A DNA stretch of 20,548 bases from Gemmatimonadales bacterium (GTDB lineage Bacteria; Gemmatimonadota; Gemmatimonadetes; Gemmatimonadales; GWC2-71-9), in assembly GCA_041577295.1 (NCBI GenBank), contig JBFGJG010000063.1:1-20548 (forward strand), written 5' to 3'. A program made the translations under genes and the position numbers. Within the stretch, counting starts at the first letter, position 1, and each line of letters begins with the position of its first letter. Below, one piece after another: positions 17,761-20,548 of this stretch. The notes beneath the pieces were generated by a model. That model was given only the letters and a program-made list of their open reading frames with translations. It did no database searches and had not been told where the DNA came from.

Positions 17761-20391
17761 ATGATCCAACTCGAACAGCTCACCGCCGCTCTCAAGGATC
17801 GCTACGCAATCGAGCGTCAGCTCGGTTCCGGTGGTATGGCGACCGTGTATCTGGCTGAGGATCTGAAACACCGTCGCAAGGTAGCGGTCAAGGTGCTGCG
17901 TCCAGAGCTCGCGGCGATACTCGGTGCCGAACGGTTTCTCCACGAGATCGAGGTCACCGCCAACCTGCAGCATCCGAACATCCTCCCACTCTACGATTCC
18001 GGAGAAGCGGACTCTTTTCTGTTCTATGTGATGCCGTTCATCGAAGGCGAGTCGCTGCGCGAGAAGCTGAATCGTGAAAAACAGCTTGCCATAGACGAAT
18101 CCGTTTCCATTGCACAGGACGTGGCAGCTGCATTGCACTTTGCGCACGGACGCGGTGTGGTGCATCGCGATATCAAGCCAGAGAACATCTTGCTGCAAGA
18201 CGGGAGGCCCGTCGTCGCAGACTTCGGGATCGCGCTGGCGGTGACCCAGGCCGGTGGTAGCCGCATTACTGAGACTGGGTTGTCGCTTGGCACGCCGCAG
18301 TACATGAGCCCGGAGCAGGCCACCGGAGAGCGTGAACTCGACGCGCGCAGCGACGTGTACTCGCTCGGTGCTACGCTGTACGAGATGTTGACCGGGGATC
18401 CGCCCCATGTTGGCAGCTCTGTCCAGGCCATCATCGCGTCTGTGATGACGGAGGAACCGCGACCCATCACCGCCTGGCGCGTTACCGTTCCACCAAACGT
18501 CGCCGCCGCGGTCCACGTCGCGCTGAACAAGCTGCCCGTCGATCGATTTGTCAGCGCGGCGGAGTTCGCGGAAGCACTCGGCGATCCGACGTTTGTCGAT
18601 CCCAGGAGCGCACACGCCGCGACACAAACCGCCGTCGAACATTGGAAGCGAGTCGCGGTTGGTTTCGCCGCCGTTGCAGCGCTGCTGCTGGTGGCGGCAG
18701 GCTTCTTCGTTTTTCGGGGCCCGGGGTCAACCAGCGGACTGGAAGGACCGGTGCACCTTTCCATCCCGTTGTCACCGGGTCACGAGATCGTCGGGGCGCC
18801 GGCGATTTCGCGAGACGGCCAAACCGTGGCGTACACTGCGGGCCCGAGGGGCTCAGTGGGCCGCTTGTACATCCGAAGGCTCCAAGAGGATCGCGCAACG
18901 GAGGTTCGTGATTCCGAGGGTGCCAAGGCTCCGTTCTTTTCCTGGAACGGCGATCAGGTTGGTTTCTACGCGCGCGAAGGTCTGTGGCGGGTGTTCGTAC
19001 AGGGTGGTGATCCCATTCGGATCACGGATGCGGTGGCGTATTTCGGTGGAGCGTGGGGACCCGACGACCACATCATCTACGTGTCGTCGTTGGCGAGCGG
19101 TCTCATGCGTGTGCCGGCGATTGGCGGGACACCAGAGCGGCTCACGGAGCCAAACTTCGCGGACCGTGGGTATGCCCACACCTGGCCTGTGATCGTCGGT
19201 GACGGTCGCGCGGTCCTGCACAACGTCTGGGGCTCCGCGGGTGGTGTGGCGCGGCTGGACCTACGAACAATGGAGTGGGAGAAGAGTCAGCTCGGACTCT
19301 TTTCTACTTACGCCGAGTCCGGGTTTCTGTTGGGCCGGACGTGGGTATCGGGCGCCTCGACAATACGGGCCGGACGGTTCGACCCCGAGGGATCCATACC
19401 GCCCTCGCTCGACTATCCCGTGCTGGTGGGGTCGTACTACACCCAGCTCGACGCGTGGGAGTGGCTGGCGCTTTCAACCAATGGAACGTTGGTGTACGCG
19501 CCCGGGGATCCCGCGAGACGGCGCTTGGCGTTGATGAGCCCGCAGGGGGAAAAGACCCACTTTTCGCTCGACCTTGCCCAGTATGAGCAGATTGCGGTTG
19601 CGCCGGGCGGGCGTCGTGCTGCGGTGCTCATCGCTTCGAATCGCATGGCCATGCTCGACATCGAGCGTGGTGTGTTGGAGACCTTTCTTACCCCGCGAAG
19701 TAATCTCGATGTCATCTTCCATCCGGTGTGGTCGCCAGACGGTTCGATTCTGTATTACGCGTCCAATCGCACGGACGACTGGGATATCTATCGGCTGAAT
19801 CCCGATGGCGCGGGTGTGGGAGAAGCCGTGATGACCCGCCCGGGGTTCGAGCTGCCACTGTCGGTGGGGCCGGACGGGTCGCTGGTGCTGCTTTCCGAGG
19901 AACGTGGCGACCGAGACCTTCACATCCTGGCTCCCCGGGACACGGCACCAGTCCTGTTTCATCGGGCAGATGGCGACCAGGTGCAGGCTCGCTTCTCGCC
20001 TTTGGGTAATGCCATCGCGTTCGTGTCGGAAACCCCGGGGCGCTATGAGGTCTACATCAAGTCCTACCCTGGGCCAGCCGAACGGCGCGCCGTGCGGGTT
20101 GGGTTGGGCAAGGCTCCTATCTGGGCTCCGAACGGACGTGAGCTCTTCTTCGTCACCGGTGACTCGCTACTGGGCGTCGATGTAAACGTCACGAATAGCC
20201 GGGTCGGGGTCGGTACACCGCGTCTGGTGCTACGTGGAAACTTCTGGAGTGATATTTGGGGACAGCCGTTCGACGTCCTGCCCGACGGCCGGTTTCTGAT
20301 TGTCGACCCGATGCCGGATTCTTATCCGACTCGACTCGATCTCATCTTCAACTTCTTCGATGTGATCGAGGAAAGGGTGGGAAGAGATTGA
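17761..20391 (+). CDS. Receptor-type Hanks Ser/Thr protein kinase with TM helix and TolB-like (PD40) beta-propeller
   Basis: GSGGMATVY, VAVK, HRDIKPEN, DFG, GTPQYMSPEQ and DVYSLG. TM segment VAVGFAAVAALLLVAAGFFVF. Propeller repeats ISRDGQTVAY, PFFSWNGDQVGF, PVWSPDGSILYY, FSPLGNAIAF and PIWAPNGRELFF. Confidence 0.93.
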   Translation: MIQLEQLTAALKDRYAIERQLGSGGMATVYLAEDLKHRRKVAVKVLRPELAAILGAERFLHEIEVTANLQHPNILPLYDSGEADSFLFYVMPFIEGESLREKLNREKQLAIDESVSIAQDVAAALHFAHGRGVVHRDIKPENILLQDGRPVVADFGIALAVTQAGGSRITETGLSLGTPQYMSPEQATGERELDARSDVYSLGATLYEMLTGDPPHVGSSVQAIIASVMTEEPRPITAWRVTVPPNVAAAVHVALNKLPVDRFVSAAEFAEALGDPTFVDPRSAHAATQTAVEHWKRVAVGFAAVAALLLVAAGFFVFRGPGSTSGLEGPVHLSIPLSPGHEIVGAPAISRDGQTVAYTAGPRGSVGRLYIRRLQEDRATEVRDSEGAKAPFFSWNGDQVGFYAREGLWRVFVQGGDPIRITDAVAYFGGAWGPDDHIIYVSSLASGLMRVPAIGGTPERLTEPNFADRGYAHTWPVIVGDGRAVLHNVWGSAGGVARLDLRTMEWEKSQLGLFSTYAESGFLLGRTWVSGASTIRAGRFDPEGSIPPSLDYPVLVGSYYTQLDAWEWLALSTNGTLVYAPGDPARRRLALMSPQGEKTHFSLDLAQYEQIAVAPGGRRAAVLIASNRMAMLDIERGVLETFLTPRSNLDVIFHPVWSPDGSILYYASNRTDDWDIYRLNPDGAGVGEAVMTRPGFELPLSVGPDGSLVLLSEERGDRDLHILAPRDTAPVLFHRADGDQVQARFSPLGNAIAFVSETPGRYEVYIKSYPGPAERRAVRVGLGKAPIWAPNGRELFFVTGDSLLGVDVNVTNSRVGVGTPRLVLRGNFWSDIWGQPFDVLPDGRFLIVDPMPDSYPTRLDLIFNFFDVIEERVGRD

Positions 20392-20517
20392 TGAATGCAG
20401 ATTTCGATTTCAGATCGAACAGCATGGTAAAGGCTTCGCCACCGATCTCAGGTATGCAATCACCAATCACCAATCTGGGATCTGCAATCTGAAATAGATC
20501 TGCATTCTGCACTCATC
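20390..20517. repeat. Heptamer-built palindromic element, copy 5
   Basis: Starts at the kinase stop codon. GAATGCAGAT (20393-20402) pairs with ATCTGCATTC (20498-20507), and ATTTCAGAT (20407-20415) pairs with ATCTGAAAT (20487-20495). Ladder AATCACC AATCACC AATCTGG GATCTGC AATCTGA. Confidence 0.85.
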
Positions 20518-20548
20518 TGGCCACCTCCACCATCCACAAGTCTCCCAC

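Noticed and set aside
4528..20517. Heptamer elements as a CRISPR array or integron attC sites
   Set aside because: There are no identical direct repeats with regular spacers, no RYYYAAC...GTTRRRY ends, no cas or integrase gene, and flanking genes occur in both orientations.

Overview
GC-rich bacterial window with 15 full or partial CDSs plus one short membrane ORF or gene remnant that the ORF track missed. The receptor-type Ser/Thr kinases (kinase-TM-TPR and kinase-TM-PD40 propeller) suggest a Gemmatimonadota-like host, which is inference only. Left part: end of an alpha/beta hydrolase, a secreted CMD-cupin fusion, an IorAB-type molybdoenzyme, a membrane protein, a signal-less AmiC/UrtA-like binding protein and a HAD phosphatase. 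Middle: an unusual kinase-BRCT fusion with an atypical catalytic loop, a Tat-exported intradiol dioxygenase, HemG and a DUF4382 lipoprotein. Right: two large receptor kinases flanking an ORFan and phoD. The most distinctive non-coding feature is a family of intergenic elements built from 7-nt units (AGTGCAG/GATTGNN arms facing CTGCACT/AATCNNC arms). There are five full palindromic copies of about 90-130 bp and three half copies. They sit tightly against stop and start codons, and complementary arms enclose phoD. No rRNA, tRNA, CRISPR array, transposase or integrase was seen.
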